DNA of 27,166 bases from IMG/VR virus record IMGVR_UViG_3300032218_001174, positions 1-27,166 of that record; one strand, written 5' to 3'. The notes under the pieces were generated by a model. It was not told the DNA's origin and ran no database searches. It saw only the letters and a list, made by a program, of their open reading frames with translations. The translations under genes were made by a program, and so were the position numbers. Shown here one piece after another: positions 16,504-26,367 of this stretch; position 1 is the stretch's first letter; each line of letters starts with the position of its first letter. Source of the DNA: a virus (taxonomy: Duplodnaviria; Caudoviricetes).

Positions 16504-18117
16504 TTATTTTATTAATCCTTTTGATTTTAATGTTTTTCTAATAGCTGATGCTTGTGGTGCATTTGGATTAGCATTTAACCAATCAATAGCTTGTTGGTCT
16601 TCATTGTTAATTTTAGTTTCTTTACTTCCTGCCACAGGTTTTGTAGAACTAAACCTTTTTTGTTCTTCTATTAAAAATTCTCTAGCCTGATCTAAACTTT
16701 GAAAAGTTTCCCCTGGTCTTCCAGGTATTGGAACACGAGTTATAATGTCTTCCATTTGAGCACCATTAACAGTTTCCCATAAACCTTCAGCCTTAGTTCT
16801 TTTACCATTTATTATTGGAGTACTTGTGAATTTAGTTCTTTTAGTTTCAGTAGCTGTTCCTTTTTCAAAATCTACCCCTGAACCTGTAGTTTTACCAACA
16901 ACATTATATCCATTAATAACTACCTGACCATTTCTTAAAGCAACTGATTTTATTTCTTGCGTTATTCCAGGTCCTTGAGATATTCTTACGTTACTAATGT
17001 TAAATGCTGGACCTGCTAATTTATTAGTTTTTTGACCATACATAGGTATTACTTTTCCTGCAGATACTACTTCTTCTGGTTTAGGACCTTTACCTTCTCC
17101 TCCACCAGCTGCTCTTTGAGTAGCAAACTCAGCTCTTGGAGTTTCCTCATATTTAACCTGAGAAAGTAGTTGCTTTTCAAATATTTTTTTAGCTTCGTCA
17201 CGCATTGCTGGAGTAATGTCAGAAACAAGATTACCTCCTTCTATTTTACCAGCAACAACTCTATCAGTTGGACTAGATTCTTTATAGTCTGTAAGATTAG
17301 GCTTCCAGTCGCTATAGTTTGTAAGTATGTCTCCAATTACATTGTCATTAAACGCAACACTATTAAAAGCATTTTCTAAAAACTCAGCGTAATTTTTATT
17401 TTTTATTTGATCTGGAGTCTCAAGTGTTCTTACTCCATTTTTCATCTTTACAGTAATAAACGGCTTCATTTTATCTGTAAAACTAGCAGCCTTTTCAGTA
17501 AGATTAACTTTTAAATCTGTAAAGTTCTTTACATTATTTAATGTCTCAAAAGGAAGAATTCCAAACGCACCATTTCTAGGCGCATTTGTCTCTGGATCTA
17601 TGTCTACAGTGTATGTAAACCCATCATTTTGATTTTGTATTAGTTTCTTATTTTTAAAGTTTTGAAACCCTCCGTACTGATCTTGAGCAGCGTCAGCCAT
17701 TTTGGTAGTCAATCCCTTAGCTCTTAACTCCATCATAGCCTTGTAAGTAGGTTCCCAGTTCTTTACAAACTTATCCATACTTGATATACTTGCTGATGTG
17801 TTTTGTTGAAAAATCTTGTAATTAGATCTGCTGTCTTTACCTTCTTGAACTAACTTTAAACGATTAAACGCATTATTTTTAATATCTGCTGCGTGATTCT
17901 GAATAAGAGCACCTAAATTAGGATCACTACTTTGACTAATATTATTTATCTCGGTCAGAACATCATTAGCTAATTTCTTATCAGCCTCTCTATTATCATA
18001 GCGCTGTTGCTCTTGTCTCTGTAAATTCTCATTTACATTACTAATTACGCTGCCCCAATCAAGCGTTGGAGCTGCACCTATTTCTGACGGGTTCTGATAC
18101 TTATAGTAGGTTGGCAT
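16504..18117 (-). CDS. Putative internal virion/ejection protein (537 aa)
   Basis: Middle gene of the small-medium-large triad after the tail genes, as in T7 gp14-16 and P22 gp7/20/16; helical Q/N-rich N-terminus. Confidence 0.6.
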   Translation of the reverse strand: MPTYYKYQNPSEIGAAPTLDWGSVISNVNENLQRQEQQRYDNREADKKLANDVLTEINNISQSSDPNLGALIQNHAADIKNNAFNRLKLVQEGKDSRSNYKIFQQNTSASISSMDKFVKNWEPTYKAMMELRAKGLTTKMADAAQDQYGGFQNFKNKKLIQNQNDGFTYTVDIDPETNAPRNGAFGILPFETLNNVKNFTDLKVNLTEKAASFTDKMKPFITVKMKNGVRTLETPDQIKNKNYAEFLENAFNSVAFNDNVIGDILTNYSDWKPNLTDYKESSPTDRVVAGKIEGGNLVSDITPAMRDEAKKIFEKQLLSQVKYEETPRAEFATQRAAGGGEGKGPKPEEVVSAGKVIPMYGQKTNKLAGPAFNISNVRISQGPGITQEIKSVALRNGQVVINGYNVVGKTTGSGVDFEKGTATETKRTKFTSTPIINGKRTKAEGLWETVNGAQMEDIITRVPIPGRPGETFQSLDQAREFLIEEQKRFSSTKPVAGSKETKINNEDQQAIDWLNANPNAPQASAIRKTLKSKGLIK

Positions 18118-18121
18118 AAAT

Positions 18122-18940
18122 TTATCCTATAGTTGATTTTTGTTGTCCCATAAGTTGCATAAAAGCCTGTAACATCTTAGGATCTATTCCTTGAGTAGAT
18201 TGAGCTGCTGGCTTTCCAAAAACAGTTCCTCCTAATAAACCTTGTAGTTGATCTCCTGCGTCAGCAAACCCTCCATAAGTTCCATACATAGCAGCTCCCT
18301 GAGTTATAGCCCCTCCTATACCCTGAAGCATTGCCTGTTGCTGAGCTATCTTAGCCTTCTCAGCAGCCATAGCAGCAATCTGAGCACCACTAACCTCATC
18401 AGAAGCTATATTAGCTAGGTTTTGATTTATCCCCATCCTAACACCAGCCTTAGTCATAGCGTCATTGTAAAGTCTATCAGCCAGACGCTCTGTATTTTGT
18501 GCTTGACCTTCAATACCAGCCTCATGAACTCCCTGAACACCTCCAATTAAAGTACGTGGATCCTGAGCTAGAGCGTTTATAGCCTGTCCTTCAGAAGCAG
18601 TATTTTCTCTGTACGCTCTTTCGTAAGCCTTAACTGGAACCTGTATTGCCGCATACTCGTTCTGAGCTGTTAACCTCTTCATCTCTTCCATTCTCCTTGC
18701 CGCTTCTCTATTTGCAGCCTCCTGTTTTGCAGCAGCTTTTTTTGCTTCCGTAAAAGATAGAGCTGTTGAGGCAAGTGTAAGTCCTAGACCTAGTACAGGT
18801 ACAAAGGAAGTTGCTGCACCAGCAGTAGCTAAAGTATTTGATGCTGTATTGTTTGGAGTATAAGTATTGTCAGCATCAATAGCATAATCTGTATTTGTAT
18901 TTGTAGTTGGCGCTGTAACAGAAGCCGCTTGTTGTCCCAT
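18122..18940 (-). CDS. Putative small ejection protein (272 aa)
   Basis: Ala/Gly/Gln-rich, hydrophobic segment VPVLGLGLTLASTAL followed by coiled coil; position matches P22 gp7/T7 gp14. Confidence 0.6.
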   Translation of the reverse strand: MGQQAASVTAPTTNTNTDYAIDADNTYTPNNTASNTLATAGAATSFVPVLGLGLTLASTALSFTEAKKAAAKQEAANREAARRMEEMKRLTAQNEYAAIQVPVKAYERAYRENTASEGQAINALAQDPRTLIGGVQGVHEAGIEGQAQNTERLADRLYNDAMTKAGVRMGINQNLANIASDEVSGAQIAAMAAEKAKIAQQQAMLQGIGGAITQGAAMYGTYGGFADAGDQLQGLLGGTVFGKPAAQSTQGIDPKMLQAFMQLMGQQKSTIG

Positions 18941-18941
18941 A

Positions 18942-19337
18942 TTATAATACCTTTATATATTCGTTATAATCTTTTCCTGATAGTATATAGTCTTCATCTG
19001 AAAACATTTTTTTTAAAACTGGAGTCCCAGTAACCGTAATAATTATTCTATATCCAGAGTTCTTCATAATCTCTTGAATATACTTGTTAAGACTATTTAA
19101 TGCTCCAGTTCTTAATTTTTTTTCAGCATTTTTATTTCCTGTTACAAATCCCATCATACATATATCTGAATCCCCAACATAAACTGGAATAGCATATAAA
19201 TCAATGTCGTTATTACTAACAATAAATATCCTCTTAGGCAGCGATGTGTATGATACGTGTGGAAAATTCCATTCATCCCACCACATACATAACGTGCTAT
19301 AAAAATTCTCTTTGTTTTCTAATCTACACTGATGCAT
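18942..19337 (-). CDS. Putative GNAT-fold virion assembly protein (131 aa)
   Basis: Size, alpha/beta pattern and position between tail and ejection genes match GNAT-like T7 gp13/P22 gp14 equivalents. Confidence 0.5.
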   Translation of the reverse strand: MHQCRLENKENFYSTLCMWWDEWNFPHVSYTSLPKRIFIVSNNDIDLYAIPVYVGDSDICMMGFVTGNKNAEKKLRTGALNSLNKYIQEIMKNSGYRIIITVTGTPVLKKMFSDEDYILSGKDYNEYIKVL

Positions 19338-19341
19338 TATG

Positions 19342-19353
19342 CAAAGATAATAA
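19342..19353 (-). promoter_or_regulatory. Bacteroidota -7 promoter element (TTATTATCTTTG)
   Basis: Exact TAnnTTTG match in an 18-nt intergenic gap; identical 12-mer at 27148-27159. Confidence 0.65.
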
Positions 19354-19355
19354 TT

Positions 19356-20135
19356 TTAAGGATAACTTTTAAATACATTTGATTTAACTGAGAATAATTC
19401 AACTCTGTTTTGTGAACCGTTCTCTAGCTCGTACTGCATATAGTATCCACGTGCACCGTAAGACTCAGCCACACTGTTCTTTATATACAGTATATAGTCT
19501 CCGTCATTCACTGGATTAGCTAATGGAGGCGTGTTATTTATTTCTATAGATGTATTTGTAAACCCTGTAATAGTTCCTATAAACTCTATAACCCCAGAAT
19601 TGTTTTTATAAGCTAAGTCACCAATACTTACGATTGTTCCAATATTAAACGTAAAATTTAATACGGTAGAAGCAGTCCCTGGATTATCTACAGTATCCAC
19701 TGATCCTACACCCTGAGCGGAACGAAGTCTAAGGTTGTCATCACCCGATAAGCTTCGAATATACGCAAACCAGTTACCTTCTTTTTCTACAAAGTAACTT
19801 GAGTCTATCTCTCCAGTAGAGAGGTCTGTAATGACTGTACAGTTCCAAGGGCTATTTCCATATGTTGCAATAGTCTTGAAGTTCTTAATCGTCAGGGGCT
19901 CCTTATTAAATACAGACGTTACCTTTGATGGCTCAAACGAATTATTAGGAAACCCTAATTGTTCCCACCAGTCATAATAAAAGGTATTCCTACTTATATT
20001 GGTATTATGCTTATAAAGCTCACCTCCCTTAAAGGAATAGAACGCTCCGTTCATACCAAGCATTATCTCTGGGTGGTATGAAAAGAATGATGTCCATCCC
20101 TCTACGTTCTTGTTATATGTTAGTGTATACTTCAT
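19356..20135 (-). CDS. Tail protein resembling the C-terminal part of a muzzle/stabilisation protein (259 aa)
   Basis: TLTYNKNVEGWTSFFSYHPE, KNFKTI, EKEGNWFAYI and ARGYYMQYEL...ELFSVKS motifs recall the C-terminus of crAss-like stabilisation proteins. Confidence 0.65.
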   Translation of the reverse strand: MKYTLTYNKNVEGWTSFFSYHPEIMLGMNGAFYSFKGGELYKHNTNISRNTFYYDWWEQLGFPNNSFEPSKVTSVFNKEPLTIKNFKTIATYGNSPWNCTVITDLSTGEIDSSYFVEKEGNWFAYIRSLSGDDNLRLRSAQGVGSVDTVDNPGTASTVLNFTFNIGTIVSIGDLAYKNNSGVIEFIGTITGFTNTSIEINNTPPLANPVNDGDYILYIKNSVAESYGARGYYMQYELENGSQNRVELFSVKSNVFKSYP

Positions 20136-20144
20136 AGTTTATTT

Positions 20145-23100
20145 TTATGGTGGTGGTGCTGGGCAAAGATAGTAAACAGTAATAACTCCATCATTATTTA
20201 TTTGACATACGTATTCGTACCCAGGCATAGATGCTTGTTTATTTAATAGATAATATAAATCACCTCCATTAAATCTATCGTTTGAATTTATAGAGTTGCA
20301 TACTATGTCACCACTTTCTATAATATCTGTACCTGCATTTGATATAATATATATGTTATCATCTAATATTTCTTCACAACCATTATCTCTTTCAGAATAT
20401 GGTAATCCAGTATGACTTCTTGATGATAATATCATATTACACACAACCTCTACAACTCCAATAAAAGATATTATTTCTAAGTATTGTATAGTTACAGTAT
20501 CTCCTAAAAATATTAAGTCTTGTGTTATGGTAAATCCATCTACATTTATATAAGTAACGCTTCCTCCTTCAGGATGCTCTGCTGATTCCCATAAGCCTTC
20601 AAAACACTGAGTCTGTGGATTACAGTTAATTTCATAAATTCCAACATAAGAAATTATATCTATAAATTCTATAGATACAAAATTACCTTGCCATATTAGA
20701 TCCTGTGTAATTGTTTCTCCAGCTGGATTTACATATGAAATAGTACCTCCATCAGGATGTTCTGGATCTCCCTCTTCCCATAATCCTACAAAACATAAGG
20801 TCTGTGTAACACATCCATTGCAAGGGACAGGATCTAAAAGAACACCAGATAACAACTGTCTATATGTTCCATCAATCATATAGAACCCATCAGCAGCAAC
20901 AGTTGTCTGATTTTCATCAGTCCAAATACTTGTAGCAGTTATAAAAGAATCTGAGTTTATAAAGTAAGAGTCTGATACAGTACAATCACAACATAAAACA
21001 TAAGGATTAGTCTCGTCATAACATAGTGTTATTGAAGACATACTTCTGTAATCCCAAACCAAATATAAATAGTCATAACCTGCTAATGCCGCGTTATTTA
21101 TAGTAACACGATACTCTCCAGTTATAGGAGTTATAGGAGTCAATAAAGGAAGCAACTCACTTGGAGTATATAAGTTATTAGATACTAGATATTTGAATGA
21201 GTTTAGTTCTGGATTAAATACAAACGTATCTCCAGTTCTCTTTTGTGAAACAAGTGTTATATCACTTCCATCAGCTGGTATCATACCATCAGATAATCCA
21301 CCGAACTGACTATCGTATAGCGATACGCCATCAGCCTCCATAATTATAAAGTCATTTAAAAATGGACTGTTATAAGTACCTAAACTCCATCTGTACTGGT
21401 TATGTATTGTCTGATCCTCTAACCCTGGGTTATTGTAAACAACTCTATAAACATTTATATAATCTATAACATTTATGCAGTTTGTATTTATTGAAAACGA
21501 TGCATTAATAGATGTTATTTTTATATTAACCGTGTTAGGAAACACTAACAACTTTTCAAATGTAAACGAGTAGTTGTCCTGAATAGTTAGGATTTCATCA
21601 ACCACATCGACATCATTATAATTTGCTATAATATGCATCTCTCCACTAAATAAAGATAGATCAATAGTTACCTCTCCTATTTGATCACCAACCTCTACAT
21701 TAAACTCATAAAATCCATTAACATTTTGTTTAGACACTGTAATTCCACAACCAAAAACATCTGTTTCTGTTGGCATAGAATTTTCAGTAAGGTGAAGTAC
21801 GTACTCGTCCATATAAGGATCGTATCCACCTATCTTAAAATAGTTCTGTGAGTTCTTGAACTCGTCTCTGAACCAGTACTTCATACCCATATCAGAGACA
21901 ATACTAAGAGCATCGCTCTGTGCTGATCCGCCTCTAAGATTAAGCACCACGTTTCTTTTTATATCAGTAAAGTAAACCTCTCCACCTAGTACAGCAAAAC
22001 TCTCAGGATTATTACTAATACCATAGTCCTCAGTTCTTGCAATCTGAGTACCTAACACCTCTGGTATAGACGCAATTTGTCCACCTCCAGCGGAGTCAGA
22101 TAGTAAATTCTTACCAGCTAATGTATATGATATCTTGTCCTCTTGTAGAACTAGAACATCTGTACGTCTTGCATATAACTTGTTGATAGGTCCAAAAGAC
22201 TTCTCTAAATCCTTAAAGTTTGCAAGTGATAAGTTGAACTCATTTAACTTGTTTATGTTTGTCTCTGCATTATATATTCCACTATATGTTATAGATGCAT
22301 ACCTATGAGCCTCCTTATATTGTTCCTGAGCTACAGCAGTAACTCTAGAACCTAAGTAAAAAGGATCGCCAACAATTGAATCATTTATTTTATAAGATTC
22401 AACTCCATTACCAAATGAAAAGCAGTCAAATGAGTTGATTGTTACAACCCCAAATCCATCAGGATCTGTAGAAGATGTCTGATCCTTATCTGCAGGAGCG
22501 TCTCCACTCATATGAAATCTATTCTCATCTATAGGAAAGCTATCGCTTCCCTCATAGTAAATCTCTCCATCAGCATCAAGTGCTTCTGTCTCAAAAACAA
22601 TCAGAGACGTTGCCTTCTGTATTGTAATATTACCGTCTACATACGATCCTTGCTTGTCAAGACCAAAACTTCCAATACACATTGGAGTACCTGTCTGTAA
22701 AACAAGATAATACCCACCTACTAACGATTCATCATATGGATCCTCAGGATCAACCCTCTGAAACATAAATCTATTTACTCCAGGATCATGGTATGGAGGC
22801 GCTGTCCAATAAGGAGGAATAAAATATAAGTATCCAGCAACTGGATTGAATGGAGGATGTGGATCGTCTGCACAAATATAAGGTGAAAAAGCACTTATTT
22901 GATAGCACGGAGCAAAAACCCCTAAGACCTGATTATAATCGTTGGTATTCATAGTGTCATCATTACCAGATACTACTCCATCCTCAAAATTTATACCCTC
23001 TCCCTGAGCTAATAAATATAAGTTGTCGTAGTCTTGATTAGCCACAACAGTTCTTATATATTTATAATTCCTAGATCCACAATTAGCATCTAAAAAGTTA

Positions 23101-25445
23101 GCTTCATCTCTATTCATCCTTATATCAAACTTTACAATACTACCAGCAGGTATATCATAAGTTATTCTAGGTTGATTTTCTGCATCTATTGGTATACTTG
23201 GATCATAACTTGGATTTGCATACGAAAGATCTATTCTTCTTTGAGCATAATCTTTTCCATTAAATCCTCCTACAACCTTTAATTGTATGAAAGAATTTTT
23301 ATCGTAAATAACCTCAAAATTATTAACCCTCATCTTCATATAAACCCCAGCAGGTTCATAAACTATATCATCAGGATTAGGTCCAGATATAAAATTATCA
23401 GACTGAGACTTAACATCAAGAACAGTTACAGTAACAAGGTTGTTCATAGCTCCGTTAGAATCTCTTTTAACGGTTAATTGTTCTCCAATCTTTGCCTTGC
23501 TTATATTTTCTGCTTCTAGTTTAAACCATACAAAACCATCATCATCTTGAAAAAATAGGTTAGTATAAATAGTTTCGTACTTAGACTTAGAAGGTTTAAC
23601 AACAAACTTATATCTCTTAGCCCAAGAAGGTGCAAGGTTCTGTATTGTAGATACTATATAGTTTTTTGTTTTTGACGCTGATGCTGGAAAAAATACAGTA
23701 TTATCATTACAAACTAGAGCAGTAGAGCTTCTTAAATACTCGTCCTGATAAACAATAGCAACCTCATAATCTCTGTTGCTATGTAGACTTCTTTTATTCT
23801 CTAATGTTGATAATGAAGCAACAGTACCTATATCTGTTAAATACTCATACGCTATTAGATCAGGAGTTTCTGCCTGAACACCTACAAATTTTATTGCTGG
23901 TATCTGTAGTTTTATAATATTTGGTTCTGTTGGAGATGCTATTATTGTAAATCCTTGATCAACAGCACTTATCCCTGTTCCTTCAATATCCCAATCTGGA
24001 GGTGAAGTGACTACAGTTGTCATACTGCAGTTAAATTTATCTGTTAACGAGAAACCAGTCCCGCAATCAACTATAGGATTGTGTTCATATATTGCGTTTA
24101 TAAACGATTGATCCTGAGATAATTGATACGCGCTTGAAAAATCGTTTGTTATATTAAAATTAAAACTAAAATCAAATTCATTTAAAATACCTTCTAAAGC
24201 GTATGAAGGATCTCCAGAAAATGAATAGTGAAATAATCTAAATTGTATTGATAATAATGATCCAGTTTTAATATCTGTATCAGTAAAATCTATTTTTATA
24301 ATACCGCTAGGTATATTTGCAGGTATTGATGGATTTATAGTATAAAATCCATCATCTGTGAAAACATTTAAATATTTACCTCCTACTGCCTCACTAACAC
24401 CAACAACATCATAATTAATGTTAGTATCTATATCGTAACCATCAACATAGTTTCCATACATAAGTCTATTACCCATAGTGGTCTGAGACTTAGCTATACG
24501 AGGTACGTTATCAAATAGTCTTGTTAGCTCTGAACTTGAAAGTGCGGTGTATATCTTTTTATTATTAAAATTAATAGACTTTATCTGATCGTCTCCCCAT
24601 CCTTGTTCATTTTTATTGTATCTTTCAATAATATTTACAATACTTGAGTCAGATAATTTAAAACATAAATCAACCTGAATAACATTTTTACTACCAGTAT
24701 TAAAAAATACATTATAAGAATTAAATACGTTTTGCATAGCTCCATTTGTATAACTTGTAAAGTCAACAAAGAAGTTGTCAGGAACGAATGCTATATCACT
24801 AAACTGAGACAATGCACTGTACTCTCCATCCTTATATTTATATCTATAAGAAAAAGATACAAACTTATCAATTATATAGTTCTTTTCAGTTGATGATATT
24901 AGTGGAACTATAGAAGGAGATTCTAACGGTGGAGCTACAATAACAGATATATCGTCCTCTGTAATATTATCAACTCCCATAGTAGGATATGCATACGAAC
25001 TATTTACATTTATTCTTCTTGGAGGATTATAGTTATCCGTCCAGAATAAAAGACCATCAATTAAGTCAATTCCATTTACTAGATACTTAGTGTTAAAGTT
25101 AAGTACTGTAGTTGATATAACGTGGTAAATAAGTGTGTTTGTTCTGTCATTATAAGATAGAATCATATCCACATTGTCTGGATCTGTTACAAACCAGTAT
25201 ATTGTCTCGTGCTGGTTATCCTCATACGCACCAATGCATCTTGCATCAGTAGATAAAGGATTGCCTTCATAAAGAATAGATGTGATCTTAGTGTTACCTA
25301 ATGAGTTCTCAATAGCGCCAACGCTATTGTTTTCAGTAGATCCTATCCTTATATTTAACGCGTCAATATATTCTCCGTCTGGAAGAACTCTCTCGTCAAA
25401 CGACTTATTCATTCTTCCTTTAAGGAATGTAGTATTTAAATCCAT
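20145..25445 (-). CDS. Tail stabilisation/muzzle protein (crAss-like, P22 gp10 functional analogue) with C-terminal extension (1766 aa)
   Basis: MNKSFDERVLPDGEYIDALNI, LFWTDNYNPPRRIN, FSYRYKYKDGEYSALS, GNRLMYGNY, YGISNNPESF and GGYDPYMDEYVL motifs. Confidence 0.75.
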   Translation of the reverse strand: MDLNTTFLKGRMNKSFDERVLPDGEYIDALNIRIGSTENNSVGAIENSLGNTKITSILYEGNPLSTDARCIGAYEDNQHETIYWFVTDPDNVDMILSYNDRTNTLIYHVISTTVLNFNTKYLVNGIDLIDGLLFWTDNYNPPRRINVNSSYAYPTMGVDNITEDDISVIVAPPLESPSIVPLISSTEKNYIIDKFVSFSYRYKYKDGEYSALSQFSDIAFVPDNFFVDFTSYTNGAMQNVFNSYNVFFNTGSKNVIQVDLCFKLSDSSIVNIIERYNKNEQGWGDDQIKSINFNNKKIYTALSSSELTRLFDNVPRIAKSQTTMGNRLMYGNYVDGYDIDTNINYDVVGVSEAVGGKYLNVFTDDGFYTINPSIPANIPSGIIKIDFTDTDIKTGSLLSIQFRLFHYSFSGDPSYALEGILNEFDFSFNFNITNDFSSAYQLSQDQSFINAIYEHNPIVDCGTGFSLTDKFNCSMTTVVTSPPDWDIEGTGISAVDQGFTIIASPTEPNIIKLQIPAIKFVGVQAETPDLIAYEYLTDIGTVASLSTLENKRSLHSNRDYEVAIVYQDEYLRSSTALVCNDNTVFFPASASKTKNYIVSTIQNLAPSWAKRYKFVVKPSKSKYETIYTNLFFQDDDGFVWFKLEAENISKAKIGEQLTVKRDSNGAMNNLVTVTVLDVKSQSDNFISGPNPDDIVYEPAGVYMKMRVNNFEVIYDKNSFIQLKVVGGFNGKDYAQRRIDLSYANPSYDPSIPIDAENQPRITYDIPAGSIVKFDIRMNRDEANFLDANCGSRNYKYIRTVVANQDYDNLYLLAQGEGINFEDGVVSGNDDTMNTNDYNQVLGVFAPCYQISAFSPYICADDPHPPFNPVAGYLYFIPPYWTAPPYHDPGVNRFMFQRVDPEDPYDESLVGGYYLVLQTGTPMCIGSFGLDKQGSYVDGNITIQKATSLIVFETEALDADGEIYYEGSDSFPIDENRFHMSGDAPADKDQTSSTDPDGFGVVTINSFDCFSFGNGVESYKINDSIVGDPFYLGSRVTAVAQEQYKEAHRYASITYSGIYNAETNINKLNEFNLSLANFKDLEKSFGPINKLYARRTDVLVLQEDKISYTLAGKNLLSDSAGGGQIASIPEVLGTQIARTEDYGISNNPESFAVLGGEVYFTDIKRNVVLNLRGGSAQSDALSIVSDMGMKYWFRDEFKNSQNYFKIGGYDPYMDEYVLHLTENSMPTETDVFGCGITVSKQNVNGFYEFNVEVGDQIGEVTIDLSLFSGEMHIIANYNDVDVVDEILTIQDNYSFTFEKLLVFPNTVNIKITSINASFSINTNCINVIDYINVYRVVYNNPGLEDQTIHNQYRWSLGTYNSPFLNDFIIMEADGVSLYDSQFGGLSDGMIPADGSDITLVSQKRTGDTFVFNPELNSFKYLVSNNLYTPSELLPLLTPITPITGEYRVTINNAALAGYDYLYLVWDYRSMSSITLCYDETNPYVLCCDCTVSDSYFINSDSFITATSIWTDENQTTVAADGFYMIDGTYRQLLSGVLLDPVPCNGCVTQTLCFVGLWEEGDPEHPDGGTISYVNPAGETITQDLIWQGNFVSIEFIDIISYVGIYEINCNPQTQCFEGLWESAEHPEGGSVTYINVDGFTITQDLIFLGDTVTIQYLEIISFIGVVEVVCNMILSSRSHTGLPYSERDNGCEEILDDNIYIISNAGTDIIESGDIVCNSINSNDRFNGGDLYYLLNKQASMPGYEYVCQINNDGVITVYYLCPAPPP
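20436..20807 (-). repeat. Two tandem ~60-aa repeats in the muzzle C-terminal extension
   Basis: QTLCFVGLWE..EHPDGGTISY...TITQDLI...IISYVG..CN versus QTQCFEGLWE..EHPEGGSVTY...TITQDLI...IISFIG..CN. Confidence 0.85.
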
Positions 25446-25447
25446 AC

Positions 25448-26365
25448 TTATTTAATCCACTTATCTTTGCCCCTCATATTCATCAATAATCTTCCAGGGT
25501 GTATGTTACTCAATCTTATCTTTGCGTTTCTTAGAAGGGCTGTTTTCTCTTTCTTAGCTCTTTCAATTACATACTGCTGAACTCCGTACTTATTTGTAAG
25601 AATAACATACTTAATGTATGCATATAAGAACTCTTCAGCCATTTTGTTTACAGTAACCTCAGAATCATCTCCACCCTCCATACCATCTGTAACATACTCA
25701 AGTATGCAAAGTTGACCTGCCATTCCTGATCCAAAGTTTATAACACCTGATTTCTTGTCTATTCTATACGTAGGATTTACGTTTGCAGTCTCTGTATTTA
25801 AACCAAATCTTGCACCAACAGCATAGTTAAAATACCACTTACCGTCAATGTTATATCCTTCTAGTCCGTTAAACTTGCCATCACCTAAGTAGATGCTCTT
25901 GTTTAACTTATGTATTCTGTCGTAATCTAAAATAGACGTACCCTCTAATACGTTTCCGTCTTGATCAAATAATATTCTACAACTGTTGTCTTGTAGGTAT
26001 GAGTTACTATAATTAGTTTGAATATTCTCAGTAAGTGGTCTTAATATACCATCCTTGTATAGTGATATTCTAACATAGTTAACGTAATCTGGCGGAAGTA
26101 CTAATTTAAGATCGTCACATATACTAAGCTCCACAATCTTAATCTCCTTCAAGGCATCATAGTTCAGTTCTTGAATCCCTCTCTTTGCGTGAAATAATAC
26201 CTCGTACTTATCAACATTATTAATAAGTTTGTGGTTTCCAACATACATCAACATAAAGTTGTTAACTATATCCTTTAATGATACGTACTGGTACGTTCCC
26301 CAGTTTTCATTCTCTGGAGAATTTCCAGCATTCTCATAATATTGATATCCAGTTAAGTATGCCAT
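25448..26365 (-). CDS. Tail ring/adaptor structural protein (305 aa)
   Basis: VLFHAKRGIQELNYD, LPPDYVNYVRIS and ILEYVTDG motifs recall crAss-like ring proteins; directly upstream of the muzzle gene. Confidence 0.65.
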   Translation of the reverse strand: MAYLTGYQYYENAGNSPENENWGTYQYVSLKDIVNNFMLMYVGNHKLINNVDKYEVLFHAKRGIQELNYDALKEIKIVELSICDDLKLVLPPDYVNYVRISLYKDGILRPLTENIQTNYSNSYLQDNSCRILFDQDGNVLEGTSILDYDRIHKLNKSIYLGDGKFNGLEGYNIDGKWYFNYAVGARFGLNTETANVNPTYRIDKKSGVINFGSGMAGQLCILEYVTDGMEGGDDSEVTVNKMAEEFLYAYIKYVILTNKYGVQQYVIERAKKEKTALLRNAKIRLSNIHPGRLLMNMRGKDKWIK

Positions 26366-26367
26366 AA

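Noticed and set aside
20136-20147. Readthrough joining the 1766-aa and 259-aa ORFs
   Set aside because: Two in-frame TAA stops intervene and the downstream ORF has its own A-rich leader and ATG
20436-20807. DGR template/variable repeat pair
   Set aside because: Both copies are in-frame coding, differences include indels and are not adenine-specific, and no reverse transcriptase is present
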